Positions 14,123-28,269 of a DNA stretch of 64,000 nt are shown here, one piece after another. The translations under genes and the position numbers were made by a program. The notes beneath the pieces are model-generated. The model was given only the letters and a program-made list of their open reading frames with translations, ran no database searches and was not told the DNA's origin. The DNA is from Octopus sinensis (taxonomy: Eukaryota): the NCBI RefSeq assembly GCF_006345805.1, contig NC_043006.1, forward strand, positions 54,932,001 to 54,996,000, written 5' to 3'. Position 1 is the first letter of the stretch; the number at the start of each line of letters is the position of its first letter.

Positions 14123-16329
14123 CGACAACTACAAAAATTGAAGATCAGGTACATAAAGTTATAAAGAGATAAGGGGAAAATCTTTATCCAACTGTAGAAT
14201 AGAGAGGGCTGAATTGAATGAATGATGTGTGATAATATAGAACCTGGTGTATTTCTAATGTTTGAAAATATTAGGTTGTTGTTATGTGAAGTATGAGATC
14301 TTTTGTACATTGTGCGTATGTGTAACTGTTGTTGATGGTTTTGATCTCAAAATGTCATTGCCTTCTCAAAGTCAGATTGACCCAATGACAAATTGTGACA
14401 CTTCTACTCACCCCACCCCCCAAAAAGCTAGTAGTTAATCAGTGTTGCTATCATTATCATTTAAACTTTAGAGCAAGGAGGAAGAGGAAGAATACAAACA
14501 CTCACATATTTAGCAATATTTTATATTTCAGATTTAATAGGTATTTTAATCTGATAACTGAATATTGTGTCAGTTAATGGAACAAAGAAAAAAATGCTGC
14601 CTTTACACAAGGACCTTCTGTCCATCCTCATCCACAAACACTTGCTAAAATTGACAGCTAATTTATAACTTTGGCCTATTTTTTATTTATTATTTGTTAT
14701 TTTTTTTTTGTTTTCTGAGTTAGTCTGACATACACATGCAGTCACCACTGCAGTTGGTATAACTTAATTGCTGACACTGAGATGAGGTAAACATAAATAC
14801 TTGTGCATATTTGACAATATTTCTTCACAGCATATGTGCATGCCCATACATATACAATGACAATAAATATCCTGTAAAAAGCAGATATATCCACTGAAAA
14901 CTTCATTACTCCTAACAGTGGAAGGTAGTTTTATATACCAACCTATCTTTTGTTGAGGAATGTCATGTTTGAAACTATTTTCTTTTGAGATATGTCAAGT
15001 TTATTGAGGCAAGGTGACTTGCAGCAGTACTGGAATAACCATGAAATCAAATTTCACAGTGTAAGGGTTAAAATGTTCAATAGGCCAACATTACAACGAA
15101 GTTTCAGTTCTTACTTGAAGCCCTTATACACATGCTGATAATGATCTTTAGAAATGACCAAATTAACACCAACACCCTATTTCCTGTTACTTCTCCTATA
15201 AATCCAAAATGCAAAGAAAATGAATGAGCATGGCTATAACTATAAGTCTAAAATAGTAAGAGAATTATAACTATCCATAGTTTCACCATCTATTAATGTT
15301 CAAGACTCCCACCTTCATTTCTCATAACAATGCCTCTTTTATTGATGTCAAGAAATTATTTCTTGGCCTGAGTGGTTTTGCAAAGCAGTACCCTACAATA
15401 CTGCACAACCTGTGCCATCTTGCCTCAAAGTCCCAGTCTTTTCCTCTTATTTACCTATCTATAGTGTGATCAGTAACTGGAGTGGAAGAGGAGAGAAGGG
15501 TGGCTATTTAATATTTAAGTTCCATACTGGAAAGGAGGAGAGGGGGGTCATTATCAAAATAAACAAGGTTGTCCAGTAGCAATGAAAAAGAGGATGACAG
15601 TGTTTAGAGGACACGGAGTAGGTCACAGAAACGATCCATTTAATCCATAGGAAAACGTGAAAAAGCAACAAGAGACTAAAGGCAGAAAAACTTAACACAA
15701 AAGTATTGGTAGCTGGGATTCTGATATCTCTTGCCTAGTTTATAAACACCAAACACATTTTGATAGGAAAGCCTACTAGTAAAGTATCTGGGATTCAAGG
15801 TTTATATATAGCTGTTTAGCTATTGAGCAGTTTGAAGCTGTACAATACTTAATGCATAATAAGCCATGGCTGAATTAGCTTCACAGTCACCCAAGGAGTG
15901 AGTGGTGAATACAATTAATGGGAAAAGTGGTGTTTTATTTCCATAGATGATGTAACAGTATTTAGTCTACTCAATTGGAGCAGAAGGAGGCAGAGAATCA
16001 AAAACAAAACACGACTTATATAAACTGATGTAAAATCCAGCTGTGCTTAATTGACCTGAAATATTAGTTACATAAAAGATTTGGTGTGGTAAACAAAATC
16101 TACCATATACTAATGTAACAAACATAACATTTTTTTTATAAAAAGAGAGATGAACTCTCTCCACACACAACTTACCAACTACAAATGTTTAACTCTTTAT
16201 CTAAATTATTTATGTACAAAAACAAAAATAATTTTTTTTCTAGCTTCAGGGGAAGAATTTGGTTTAAAAAATAGTTTTCTTACATCCACGTCAACATTCG
16301 TAAGTAGAAAAGACAGGACTCATGCATAA

Positions 16330-16790
16330 AAAGTGTAGTGAGAACAAAGGCAGATTTCACATGTGACAGATGCACAGGAGCATCCAGGAAATAGATTTTA
16401 TCAACTGCTCTCATGATGCTCTACAAGTAGTCAAAAGTTTCTGTTATGTACGTGACCTAATTAGCAGTGGCAGGGGATTCCAAAAGCATAGTAACCAGAG
16501 TAAGAATAGACTTGAAAAAGTTCATACAGCTGTTACATCTAGTGGAAACCAAAGGACTTCTTAGTGTGGACAACAGATTTTATGATGCTTGAGTGTAAAG
16601 TATGATGGTTTATGGTAGTGAGACATGGGCCCCTGAATGCAGAGGATTTGAGGAGAACAGAAATAAATGAAGTGAGCATGTTTGCTGGATGTATAATATT
16701 GGTGTACATGAATGCTGGAATACAAATGATCTGAGGAAAGTTGTGTATAAGAATTAGATGTAGTATGCAAGAGATAAGACTGTATTAATA
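16330..16790 (+). mobile_element. RTE LINE fragment (Cys-cluster family)
   Basis: FTCDRCTGA...ALQVVKSFCYVRDLISSGRG...VYGSETWA; same family as the 28.3, 47.7 and 58.9 kb fragments. Confidence 0.65.
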
Positions 16791-17994
16791 CAGACATTTG
16801 ATTGTTATATATATGAATGACAACAGCTACTTAATGTGTCAAGCACTCAAAGTAGATGATTGCCCATGGAAGATGAAGACCTAAAAAGACAGAGGATAAA
16901 GTGATGAAAACCCAATCTCAAGAGGTTGAACTTCACAAAAGAGATGGCTCTACATTTGTATTGAGTTCTTTATCGGGTTAATGTAGACTGCATTTAAGCA
17001 TACAAAAACACTTTTTTTTTTTTGAGAGAGAGAGAGAGCATATATATAAATATACACACACACACACATTCAAATGTGAAATAATTCTGGAAGAATCAAC
17101 TATTATTAATTGGTTGCATGTGGTATTGTTTCTCAAATGTTAAGAATCCTTAGAGCTTGCACAAGCTGTCAATTTCTTTTGTTTTCTTCTCATCAGAGCA
17201 TAATATTTCAAGAGTCAAGAATGTGTAGGATTAGTTCATGTGGTTGTTGTTTCTCTTTAACTTTTAGATACACTAATGTAGACTCTATATTAATGGTTGG
17301 CCAATAACCTTGGTTGACAATAGATTTCAGAGGGTTGCAACCACTTAAGGTCAATGAAACTCTTATGTGCAGATTATCAAAGGAAATATTGTTATTTCCT
17401 TTGTCATCTGTTCAACATATTTGCTCTCTATAGTTTCACACAACACATAATGAAACTTGGATATTCTGTGATCTGTATATAGCAGACAATTGAAATGATT
17501 TCTCTTCAGATATATATATAAAGATCTTTTGTAGCACATTTGCAATAGTTTAGTGACACATTTAATCAAATATTTGTTTCTAAAAATAATACAAAGTAAA
17601 AGATTAAGAATTAACTGAATGTGAAGACTTAGCACCTTCAGATATAACTCAATTCCTGGTCAGCTATGACAACACATTCAATAATTGGTACTCACATAAA
17701 TCATAGGAGTGTATGGGATACTATTTTAAAAATTGATTTATCATGCAATATAAATCAGTTTATAAACTAACATGTAATGCGATAATTATCATGATATAAT
17801 GTAAGCCCAAATGTCAAACTGACTGACAACCAGTGTTAAATGATGACGACTTTTCGTGACTTTAATGTAACTCCCATTGTAATGACTGAAGAGGGTAGTA
17901 ACATAATTATAGCATACTATCAAAACAAGCATGCATATGCACACACACACACACATCATAACTTCCCTGAGAGACAACTGTGAGTGTGTACACA

Positions 17995-18560
17995 CAGGGT
18001 GTCCCCACAAAATGTATGCACACTTTAACAGCTGATAACTCAGTTTCCATTTAAAAAAAAATTTAGCCCATTGGAAATGATGAAGGGAACCAGACTACGC
18101 TTTGAACATGAAGTGCTATTCGAAGTTGAAAAATGTAGTTGAAGTGTAAAGATAATTTAGGGCGAAGTTTCAAACAGATCCACCTATGCTACTTACCATC
18201 ACTCGAGATAAGTTTGAAGCAGATGGAACTGTTCAGAATGTCCATATGAAATGTTTCAGAAAACCATTGACATCAATGAGCCCCACAAAGTAAGAAAGGA
18301 TACTTGAAACATATTGCTAGAGTTCAAGAAAATCTGTGCAACAATTGCAACTACTGGGGACCTGAAAAGCCATATATTACAGAGGAACATCATCTTAATT
18401 TACCTGTAGCTATAGCATGGTGTGGTTTATCATCAAAAGGATTAATTGAGTCATTCTTTTTCGATGATATTGTTACTGATCCCATTAATTAGACTTGCCA
18501 TGACAATCGGTCAAATCAAGCATTCAAGAGAACTTTGAAGATGTGGAATTTCATTTCCAG
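17995..18560 (+). mobile_element. Tc1/mariner-superfamily (rosa/maT-like) 5' fragment
   Basis: Left TIR-like cagggtgtccccacaaaatgtatgcacac; degenerate FRAKFQTDPP...RDKFEADGTVQNVH and [35 protein letters not shown]; internally deleted, no right TIR seen. Confidence 0.7.
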
Positions 18561-18569
18561 TAAGAGCCC

Positions 18570-19550
18570 TTGTCCTATTGATTAACATATAAAAGACCAA
18601 AGTCATCTAACATCTTAAACCTAGAGTAATGAAACATGAATGTAAAATCATCCTGATCAGGAATCAACCTTTAAATGCAGTGAAAAAGTTCACACATTTG
18701 GATAGTATGATTTCTGATGACAACTGTCTGGATGTGGCATCAGCTCACCACATTCGGTCAGCTGTGATCACATCTAAGAAGCTTAGTATTTAACTACAGA
18801 AATAACATGGCATAAAACTATCAACAAAATGCTAAGTATAACAAGCAGTACTATTATCCTGTCTGCTGTACTCTGCCCAGACCTATACACTATTTTGTTG
18901 GTATATCAAAAGCTGATGAACTGCTAATTATTTATGAAATACAATGAACAAGTCTTGGCAAGACTACAATCCCAACTATGTGGTCCTGCAATGTGCAAAT
19001 ATGCCTAATATTGAGCCCACTTTACAGGAAATGTATTAGTCTTAAGTGAGATGTAATTCATATTGGAAATGCTAGGATCCCTAAATCTGTGCTTTACAAC
19101 AAAGAGTGAAAGTGATTGTATCCAAAACTCCATTATAATGGTGCCATTATGTGACATTGCTACTGGATGGGAAAAGACAGTGACTAACAGTGAAAGATTG
19201 TGGAAAACTACAACAGAAAAGAGAGAAAAGATCAATTTCCTGGGCTCTGCCAACAGTATGCTGCATCATCTGTGAGTATGGATATACCAGTGCTTTTTGC
19301 CTTCAGTCCAATGAAAGAACCAAGCATCACTGATGGAGTTTCTTTAAGGTTTTTCATTAGAGCAGCAAATCGTAGGACAAGATATGCTATCCTCCATAGA
19401 ATTCTTGCTGAATATAACATGTTTCTGATATATTCGTCTTGGAGCAAAGCCCTTTATTCCGCATTGTTCCAGTCTACTCAACTGAAAATGAGCACCAGCC
19501 AGTGCTGGTGCAGCCCTCTCTCCCACCAGCTGTTACCTTCTTGATATTCT
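18570..19550 (+). mobile_element. RTE-clade LINE 3' remnant
   Basis: Degenerate NAVKKFTHLDSMISDDNCLD...HGIKLSTK..QAVLLSCLLYSAQTYT resembles VDKFTYLGS...GIRLSTKLKVYRAVVLTTLLYGCETW. Confidence 0.65.
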
Positions 19551-21049
19551 GTTGAGCCAAATGATCAGAGGTGTCTATGTCATTCCAACTACATCATCAT
19601 GTGCACTTTTCCATGCACGCATGGGTTAGATGGAGTTTATTGAGGTAGATTTTCGATGACCAAATGTCCTTCTTGTCACAAACTTACTTGTTTCTAAGTA
19701 TGATAATATTTCCCCTATAGCCAGACATGTTTTCACTTGTATGACAGTGACATTCATTTACAACTACTAGGCAATGTTGAGACAAGGAGACCCACACAAA
19801 TATGTGGGTGAGGTTGTGTTTTACATAAATACTTAAAACAATTAGCAAAAGTATGGTACATGCTACCAAATCATATTTGCTTGTGAGTGATGGCTATAGT
19901 TGGTTATGTTTATAGTATATTTTAATACTTCTAGAAATATTTCTCCTCACAAATTTCTATATCAAGAATTTCTAAATAAGAAAGAAGTCAATTTAGGAGC
20001 ATATGCAAATCAATCATTGTTTTGTGCAAGGAACTGAATCATTATTCCTTTTGCAATATTTTGAGGTCTGTTTGGAGTAGCATGGAGGAGTTACTCCCTA
20101 TCATTCTGGAACACAACAAATGGTTTTTACTACTGCAACTGAATTCTATGTTTAGTTTTCTATGCGTGCATGGATCAGATGGAGTTTGATACAGATGTTC
20201 CATGGCAGGAAGCCCTTCTTGTCGTCAACCCTCACATGTTTTCAAGCAAGGTAATGTTTCCTCATGGCCTGACATGTTTTCATATAATATTGGAAATGAA
20301 CGACACTGTTTGTACGACATGTAATGTAAAAAAAATCTTATATCCTTGGAGTTTGGATATAGACTACTCTGTAACAGTGTTGTAAAACTACAAAAACTAA
20401 ATCAGTAACAAACATATATCTCTTCTCAACAACTACAACTGCACACACCACACTGTACCTCGCACTGTCTGTATGTATGCACCTTTATAAGGTTTAGGAC
20501 AGTTCACTTGCTATCCCACAGAGGCATCAGGATTTTGCCACCACATCTCCCCTTTTTGAACTTGACTTTCCTTGGAAGTCAATATTTTTCTTATATTTAT
20601 TATATATTTATTACCAACTCTCTGCCCACCCCATTTTTTTTTCTTAATTCCCTGGGAAGAAATTGGAATATTTTTTCGTTTTCGCTCTACTTGCAAAAGT
20701 TCTGTTTGTTTTCTTTTCCTAGTTGATGTACTCATTGGCTCAACTATTCCTTGAGGTATGTCAAAGAAATTCCATTGGTTCTTCAAGTCTTGTTCTCTCT
20801 TCCGTAAACCTTTTTTCAGTTGGTTTAAAAGTCTTTTGTGTTCCCACGTATGCCCTTTTACCATGTATGATATTTTTTCTAAACATTTACTTATACTGTA
20901 CTAGGTGCATTTTTCATGCTACTGGCACTTGTAACATTGTCAAGTAACTTGCAAGACAAAATGGACAAGGAAACGGGGGGGGGGGAGCACTCACTACTAA
21001 GTTGGGAGAAGTATTTGAGAGGGGGAGGTGGCTTTCTGCCAGGTGTTGA

Positions 21050-21740
21050 AAGGCTAAATTATGATAGAGGGACAGATATAAGTGTCTTGCTTTAAAGAAA
21101 AAACACGGTAATCACACATTATATAAGAGTGTGCAGCAGTACTTGTGAAGGAGATAAAGATGGTAGTGGTGGCATATCAGAGCAAACTCTTAGGGTACAA
21201 GCAGGTGAGCATAAGGGAAGATTCGGACAGTGGGTTAGGGGAGGGGAGGAAAGAGAAGGTACTTTCAATAGTGTGTGAGAGAGTATCAGAGGGTTAGAGG
21301 TAGAGGTGAAGGAAGTGAGTGGTGAACAAGAGTGGAGGTGTAATTGATGGGAAATAGTAGTATGAAGAGAGTAAGAGAGATAGAAGTGACACAGGAAGGA
21401 TAGATCAAAATGTAGAGGGGTGATGTGCAAGGTGTAGGACTGGTGAGGTGGAAGATGCAGGAGTGGATAAGGGTAGCTACAGTGAGTGGGACTTGATGGC
21501 AGATATGAGAGGACATTTTAACACTTGTTGAGAAGAGATATGCGAGGTGTTAAAATGGAATATGGTAGAGGAGAGAGATAACTGAAGGGATAGAAAAGAA
21601 GTGATTGGTGAAAATAGTGCGGGTGGAGAGGGGGAGTGTAATGGGAATAAGGGATGGAAGTGGTTCAGAGTAGGGGTGGGTCGGTGGTGGGAAACTGGTA
21701 GTATAAAAGGGGGATGAGTAACATTTATCAAGACTGCCCT
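21050..21740 (-). mobile_element. Penelope-like RT remnant (purine-rich on + strand); second fragment at about 36370-36640 on + strand
   Basis: Faint FHP..FT, SFL...TTI...H...TSTSNP and TLRVCSD echoes of Penelope RT; the two loci align by eye in opposite orientation. Confidence 0.45.
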
Positions 21741-21763
21741 CTAGCCATTACAGCTACCAGAAA

Positions 21764-21794
<31 letters not shown>

Positions 21795-24455
21795 AATAAA
21801 ATACATATCAACAATGATATAAAAATAGAATGTTGCGCAAAAATTGCAACATATGATAGTGACATGTGAGAGAGAGTGAGAAAGAGTGTGTGAATTAAAA
21901 AGTGGCATCCTGTGAATGAGCCTCAGTGTGCAAGTAAGTGTCTCTCTCTAATGCATACAAGAATATGCACACAAACCTCTCATTGTCAAGTTGTTTACAC
22001 TGTTCAAACAAAATGGCAATCTGCACTTTTAACATCTTTTTTTTTTTTACTAAAACTTATGACTAATTCAACCACAATACATGGTTAAAATTATTTAAAA
22101 AAAATATTTTCATTCCTTTCCCATGATATGCTTTGCTTTTGATGTTGTATTTTAAAAACAATTTTGTCAGTGGAGGTAGAGAAAGGGGATGGGTGGAATT
22201 ATAAAACATTCATGTTTGTCAATAGAATTCTTACACTATGAGAGTCAGACATTTGTGAACCACCACCAGACTGGAGGGTTAAATTTTTTGACCATATTAA
22301 CTCAAGAACAGCTATTTTAATTATAATTTTATAACGTTTGGGTTATCAAGTCCTTAAAGCTAAACCCTGAAGAATCTTCTGTACATACATACATCTCTCT
22401 ATCTATATATTATATAAATATTGTTCTTTTGCCTTTTTTTTTGTTACTGGATTCAGCAATCCAGCTATGGCCATGCTTGGATATTACTTTTTCTTTAAAA
22501 TTTGATATTTTATTCCATCTTTTGAAGATGGCAACTTTAGTAACTAATTTCTTATAAAGGTCTGAGTGGATGGCAGAACTGGTAGGGTATCAGAAAAAAT
22601 ACCTTATGACATTTAGTTACAACAAGTTACATTTTGAGTTCAAATCCTGCCATCGTCTACTTCACTTTTATCCTTTCGGAGTCGATGAAATAAATACAGT
22701 TGAGAAGGAGTGACATCGTATCTTTTTTTAAGCTTCATGTTTTCTTTTATTCCTCTTATCAATATTTGTTTCTGTTCAGCATCCTTTTACAGCTCAACCC
22801 TGTACGACAGGATTGAGGTTTATTAGCATAGCCACAGCGCAATTACTGTACCATAATATAGCCTAAATCTAATGACTCAAACTAGTAAAGATGCACTTAT
22901 AAGGAAAATAGAAATGAAATTCATGCCTCTTATTGATAGGGAGATTTCATGGAGGTCAGTTGAGTGGTTTCTTCCACTCAACTTTAACCAAAAGCACAGT
23001 ACTCACACATATAACAAATTGCAGTTTAATGCCAATTTTAAGTAATGATGCCTAACTCATTTTCTCTCAGGGCATTCAGTCTACTTTATTACTACAACCA
23101 TGTTGAAAGATAAGGAAGCTAATAGGCTTTATTTTTAATATTAAGATAGAAGTAGAAGGCAATAGGTTTATGATGATATGGAGCTGAAATTAATTTGTAA
23201 GAAAAGGATTATTACAGCATAGCATTCTAGTTAATTATTATTATTATTATTCAGTGTTGGTTATTTATTAGTGTAATACACAATACAAAAGATCGAGGTG
23301 GTCAGAGAATGAAAATTAAAGCAAATGTTTTCCCATTTTGTTGGATTTAGAAGTAGACCATGTTTGGTAGGAATCAGAAAATGACTATTATAGATGCCAG
23401 GTTGATAGAAAATGAAAACAATGCGTACAAAAAAGTTTAGAGAAAGACAGAGAATGAAGGAGAGATAGAGAGAAATGAGGAAAGAGAATGAGCAACACAG
23501 AAAAAAATGAGAGGGAAATCGAAAGAGACATAAAATGAAAGTATGAGATAGTGATTATGAAATGAAGTAATATTTAAATGAGTTACCTGTTTTTTTTTAC
23601 TGTGACCCTAGAAAAAAATATGGGAATGTGGAGAAATAATAAATGGTGAAGGTGCAAAGGCTAGAGCGAAAGCAACAAACATGGATTTAACTAAAACAAA
23701 TTTAAAAAAAAAAAATCAGTGATAAGGCGTAAATGGTATATCTAACACAACAGTTAAACATCAATAATAGCAAATAAGAAGGCTAATAAATACAGATGTT
23801 ATAATTATTATAATATCATTAAAGAAGGCTTGATATCTGCATGGTAAAGTTTGGTGCACTACTGATGATGTTACATGGTGCTCACCTTTCTTACCTGCTC
23901 TGTTGCTAGGTAAGACGGATAAAATTTAGTACCTTGCTTAGAGTACCACAAAGCCCTGGTGGTGAGCTATTTATTAACTCAGGATTTAAAATGGTAATAT
24001 ATCATTCACTTGATGACTGTATTATCTCTCTCTTTCTCTCTTATATTTATATACATATATACATACACAAGAGCAGAAAGAATAGGAAATTTAGTTTGTC
24101 TTTTTATTATAACCTCTTAAAATTACATAATACTTACATGTATTTCACTAGTGCAGTAATCATTATGTAGATGATTGCATAACTACATTGAAATACCAGA
24201 TCTTCAGAAGAAAATAGTAATTCAATTTACTGCTATTTACCATCATGAGCTGGTCCACAGTGCTAAATAAGTACACACGAGTTTGTGGATACCAACATGA
24301 TGAGAAAATACTCAATGCAACGTGCACACACACCCCAATATAATATATATATACATATATATAAAAGTAAGGTACAATATTGACTTGTAAACCTTTAATA
24401 TATTTGGCAGTATATTATGGTTGCAAAAGAAATACTGCATCCTTGCTTGCAATTA

Positions 24456-24460
<5 letters not shown>

Positions 24461-24496
<36 letters not shown>
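24461..24496. repeat. (AT)n microsatellite; others at about 42337-42369, 42437-42490, 47063-47105, 56939-56985 (TA then CA), 21766-21790 (TG), 43599-43622 (AG)
   Basis: Direct reading. Confidence 0.9.
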
Positions 24497-24501
<5 letters not shown>

Positions 24502-24564
24502 GATTTAGTTGAATTAGGTACTTAAATTGAGGCACAGCTCCAAGTTAGGTGAACAGAATGTAAA

Positions 24565-25097
24565 TAAGTAACAAGGATGTCCAGGTATCAATAACATTAT
24601 GACCATTTTGAGTGGCTCCATTTAATCGATTAATGAAAACATTATATACATTTGAAAAAAAAATCAACAACAAAAAAACCACTCTCCTCAGAAGTAAATA
24701 ACTGTATAAATTTCCAACATAAAAGATAAACCATTTTTGACGAATTTATATCAATACTAGAAACTAAAATAATTACATTGTTTCCTTATATTTGTGGCAG
24801 AATGAGTTTAGAAAGAAATGCATATCTTATTAAGCCTATTATAATTTAGAGAGTATTAGAGGAAGATAGTGGCGGTCAAGATATAAGAGTGGTGAGATAG
24901 TTGTCAACTGTGTTCTAGTTGGTGACAAATCTAAATTTGTCAAAAATGGTTTATCCTTTATGTTGGAAATCTATATGGTCATCTACTTCTGAGGAAAGTG
25001 GTTTCTTTTAAACTGATGTAATGTTTTCATTGATCGATTAAATGGAGCTGCTGGAAGCGGATGTAATGTATTGATACCTGGACATCCTTGTTACTTC
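24565..25097. mobile_element. MITE-like element with about 85-bp TIRs
   Basis: aagtaacaaggatgtccaggtatcaata...gctccatttaatcga.taatgaaaacatta vs its reverse complement at 25015-25096; atgtaaa on both flanks. Confidence 0.75.
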
Positions 25098-26449
25098 ATG
25101 TAAAAAGCACCATCCGAATGTGGTTGATGCCAGTCCCTCACCCCGACTGGCTCCTGTGCTGGTGGCTCGTAAAAAGCACCCACCACACACTCGGAGTGGC
25201 TGGTGTTAGGAAGGGCATCCAGCTGTAGAAACCGTGCCAAATCAGATTGGAGCCTGGTGCAGCCTACCAGCTTGCCAATCCCCAGTCAAACTGTCCAACC
25301 CATGCCAGCATGGAAAATGGATGTTAAATGATGATGATGATATATGTATATATATCTACATATATTTTATTTCTCTATTCAAAGCTAAAACATCACCACA
25401 CTGCTATTCAAGTTTTGTGTCACTTTGACATTCTTCAAGTTAATTCATATGAGGTTCAAATGATGAAGTTAGGATTTACAATCTAGGAAAAGAACTTCAA
25501 AAAAATTTCAAACTCACCAACAAGTCACATACAAATATATATCATATATACATACATTGTGAAACAGAAACCACATATAACAAAGCTAAAAAAGTACAAA
25601 CACTAGACAGACTAAGATTGATATCAGAGTAGATTGCCTAACCATGTGAAGGACATATACAAAACTTCCAAGTAGATCCTAACAATATATTAATAAACTT
25701 AACAAATAGTGAATTGAGTAGACTTGACAGAATCATTGTAATCATGTCTGCTTTCCCATGCTGGCCTGGGTTGGGTAGGTCATTACAGTTCAAGTTAGTT
25801 CTTATTTGGAGTTACAGCCTTCCTAGATTGGATGGAGACAATATCTCACTCACAAGCTCCTCAAAATAAACCAACCACAAACCTGTGAGACTTGGACAGT
25901 AGTGCTGCAGTAATGATGGAAACTTTATAAATTTACCATGGTTGAATGAGCAGAATTCTACACAACAATTACTGAGCCCTCCCTCCATAAACACTTAGAA
26001 TTTCTGGAAGAAATTTACCACCATAAATAGTATTGGTACCAATGCAATAATGCATGCTAGGACATCACTAACATACCATTCTTTGATAACTGCTTCTACG
26101 TGAAGAGTCTCAATGTCAGCTTAGGTTTGAGGTGAGTTTGTATATTTTAGAAACACAATGAAGTAGATTTAGCTCCATAGATTCTTTAGATATACAGTTG
26201 GAAAACTCCTACCACATAAATACTCACAACCTGAATAGGTGTAGGATAAACCTAATAGAAAAATTTATGGAATTTAACTGAAAAATAACTGTCAGAACTA
26301 ATTCATTAGAGTAAAATTTTTTTTATAGACAAGATGATAGATTTATTTATGATAGATTCACTTCATATTAACTTGTATTCCACACATTTAGTTAGAAACA
26401 GATAAATCTTGTCAGTAATATTAACAAGAGAGTATCCAATATACACTGG

Positions 26450-26990
26450 CAAAAAATACTTTTTGCGGGTGCACACTATTTGAAAGATGTGCCAAGAGAA
26501 ACTGGAGAATATACAGCACCAAATCCAGAATAACAGAATCAGAAAAACTATAATTATTTGGTTCAACCAACCATTTTGCATGGATATGATATATAATATA
26601 ACCAGTAATTGCTTCATTAGAAACAGTCTTTACGTTGTTCAATAAAAATATGAGAAGTTAACTATAATTTCCATAGTTGTGTAAGAAGTTATCAATGCTG
26701 CAGAAATGTGGGTCCTTAGGTGAATGCTAAAAGTGTCCTATACAGATAGACTAACAAATGTCTAAGTGCTCTTAGATGAGCAGAAACCACTAAAATAAAT
26801 AACATAAAATAAAATAAAAACTTCTTAACATGAAGAGAAGGAGGAAGCAACAAATTGAGTTTATTGGACATCATATAAGAAGACAAAGCTTTGAACACTT
26901 AGTGAAAACTGAAAGGAAGAAACTAGGGGAGATATATAGAGAAAATATTTGACAGCCTTCCCGACTGGCTGTAAGAAGAATGGGTCAAGA
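26450..26990 (+). mobile_element. RTE-clade LINE 3' remnant
   Basis: AEMWVLR*MLKVSYTDRLTNV*VL and RRKQQIEFIGHHIRRQSFEHLVKTE resemble the RTE C-terminus. Confidence 0.7.
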
Positions 26991-27941
26991 GGGAAGATGG
27001 AGATCCATGATTGCTGTCCTAATTGATTCAAATAAGATTAACTGTATATTAAGACTAACATGAAGATTAACCCAATGCTATGATGCAACTTCAGCAGTAT
27101 CCTGTCCATTCAAAGAGCCACACAAAGACACTAGTGCACTAAACCAAACAACCATCTTATGACAGTATCAGGCTAATAGCAAACATGCTTAAGAGCAACT
27201 ACAATATATAACCACACAGTCCAAACTAGAAATACTAACAAATTCTAATTAGCATGCCAGTATATCTGCAGTCTGAAGAACACAACTGACCTTCTCAGAT
27301 GGTCAACAGAAGACAAAAAGAGCCACTTCTCAAGAAGACTCCGCCCAGCTAATGACAGGATAACACTCCACTTAAGAGCACAAATTAGCAACAACAGCTA
27401 ATTAATGTAGTATTCTTTACCAATTTGCCACACCCAGTCAAAAACCGACCGAATGGTATGAAAGCAAAAAAGTATATAACTTCTGTATTTATTAAGAATT
27501 TGAACCTCATATCAATCACTAAAAGAAATGTCTAAGGAATATGAAATTATATACATACATAACACGCACACTCACAACTATATGCTTACACACACACACA
27601 CAGATTACAAATGGAAATATGATACATCTGTAGTAGTAGTAACAGTAGTAATAGTAATAAAATGAGAAGTCATAGTGTGTTCCAACATTACCATTTTTGT
27701 AAACTCCACTAATATTAACTACAAATGTTGTAGGAAAGTATTCTGTATTGAAGCCATGTATGTTTGTTTCAGTACAAAAATGTGAGACATGCAATTAGGA
27801 CCACAAAGTATATAACCAACTTCAACAAAAGAAAAAAAAAATATTCAAAATGTTAAAAAATAAAATACAACCAGTCCAACTGTGGTATCACATGCATTAC
27901 AGAAACAAGGAGCTTGTCTAAAAAGTACAGTGTAATCATAC

Positions 27942-28031
27942 CTTCAATGGGAATGTCTTGTTATTCTTTTTGGTTTTCTTTAAAAACTGCTTCAAAGAAC
28001 CAGATGACATGTATTCTGTAATGAAAATTAC
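27942..28031 (-). CDS. NRBP1: NRBP coding exon 4 (90 nt)
   Basis: tcttccag|GTA...AAG|gtatga; VIFITEYMSSGSLKQFLKKTKKNNKTFPLK. Confidence 0.96.
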
Positions 28032-28269
28032 CTGGAAGACAAAATAATGTATCCATATTAGCAACTGACCATGATTTTACATTGCATCTCAAGCATAACA
28101 CATGTGCCATAAGTATAACCCAGCATCAACAATTAAATAAGGAAATAAAATAAGCTAAAGGGAAGCATGAAACAAGCAGCAAAACACCATATGAAGTAAT
28201 TAGTAGTACCCACAATTCCCAACTACTACTTTACTATGTCATGTTACCTGATAAGAAAATCTTTCTATA

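Noticed and set aside
21119-21731. Pro/Ser/His/Leu-rich overlapping ORFs as a host gene
   Set aside because: Caused by C/T-rich strand bias that suppresses stops; homologous repeat fragment at about 36370-36640.
22958-22983. Perfect 10-bp stem-loop agttgagtgg-tttctt-ccactcaact as Helitron end or terminator
   Set aside because: No downstream CTRR at the expected distance and no other support; short hairpins arise by chance in 64 kb.
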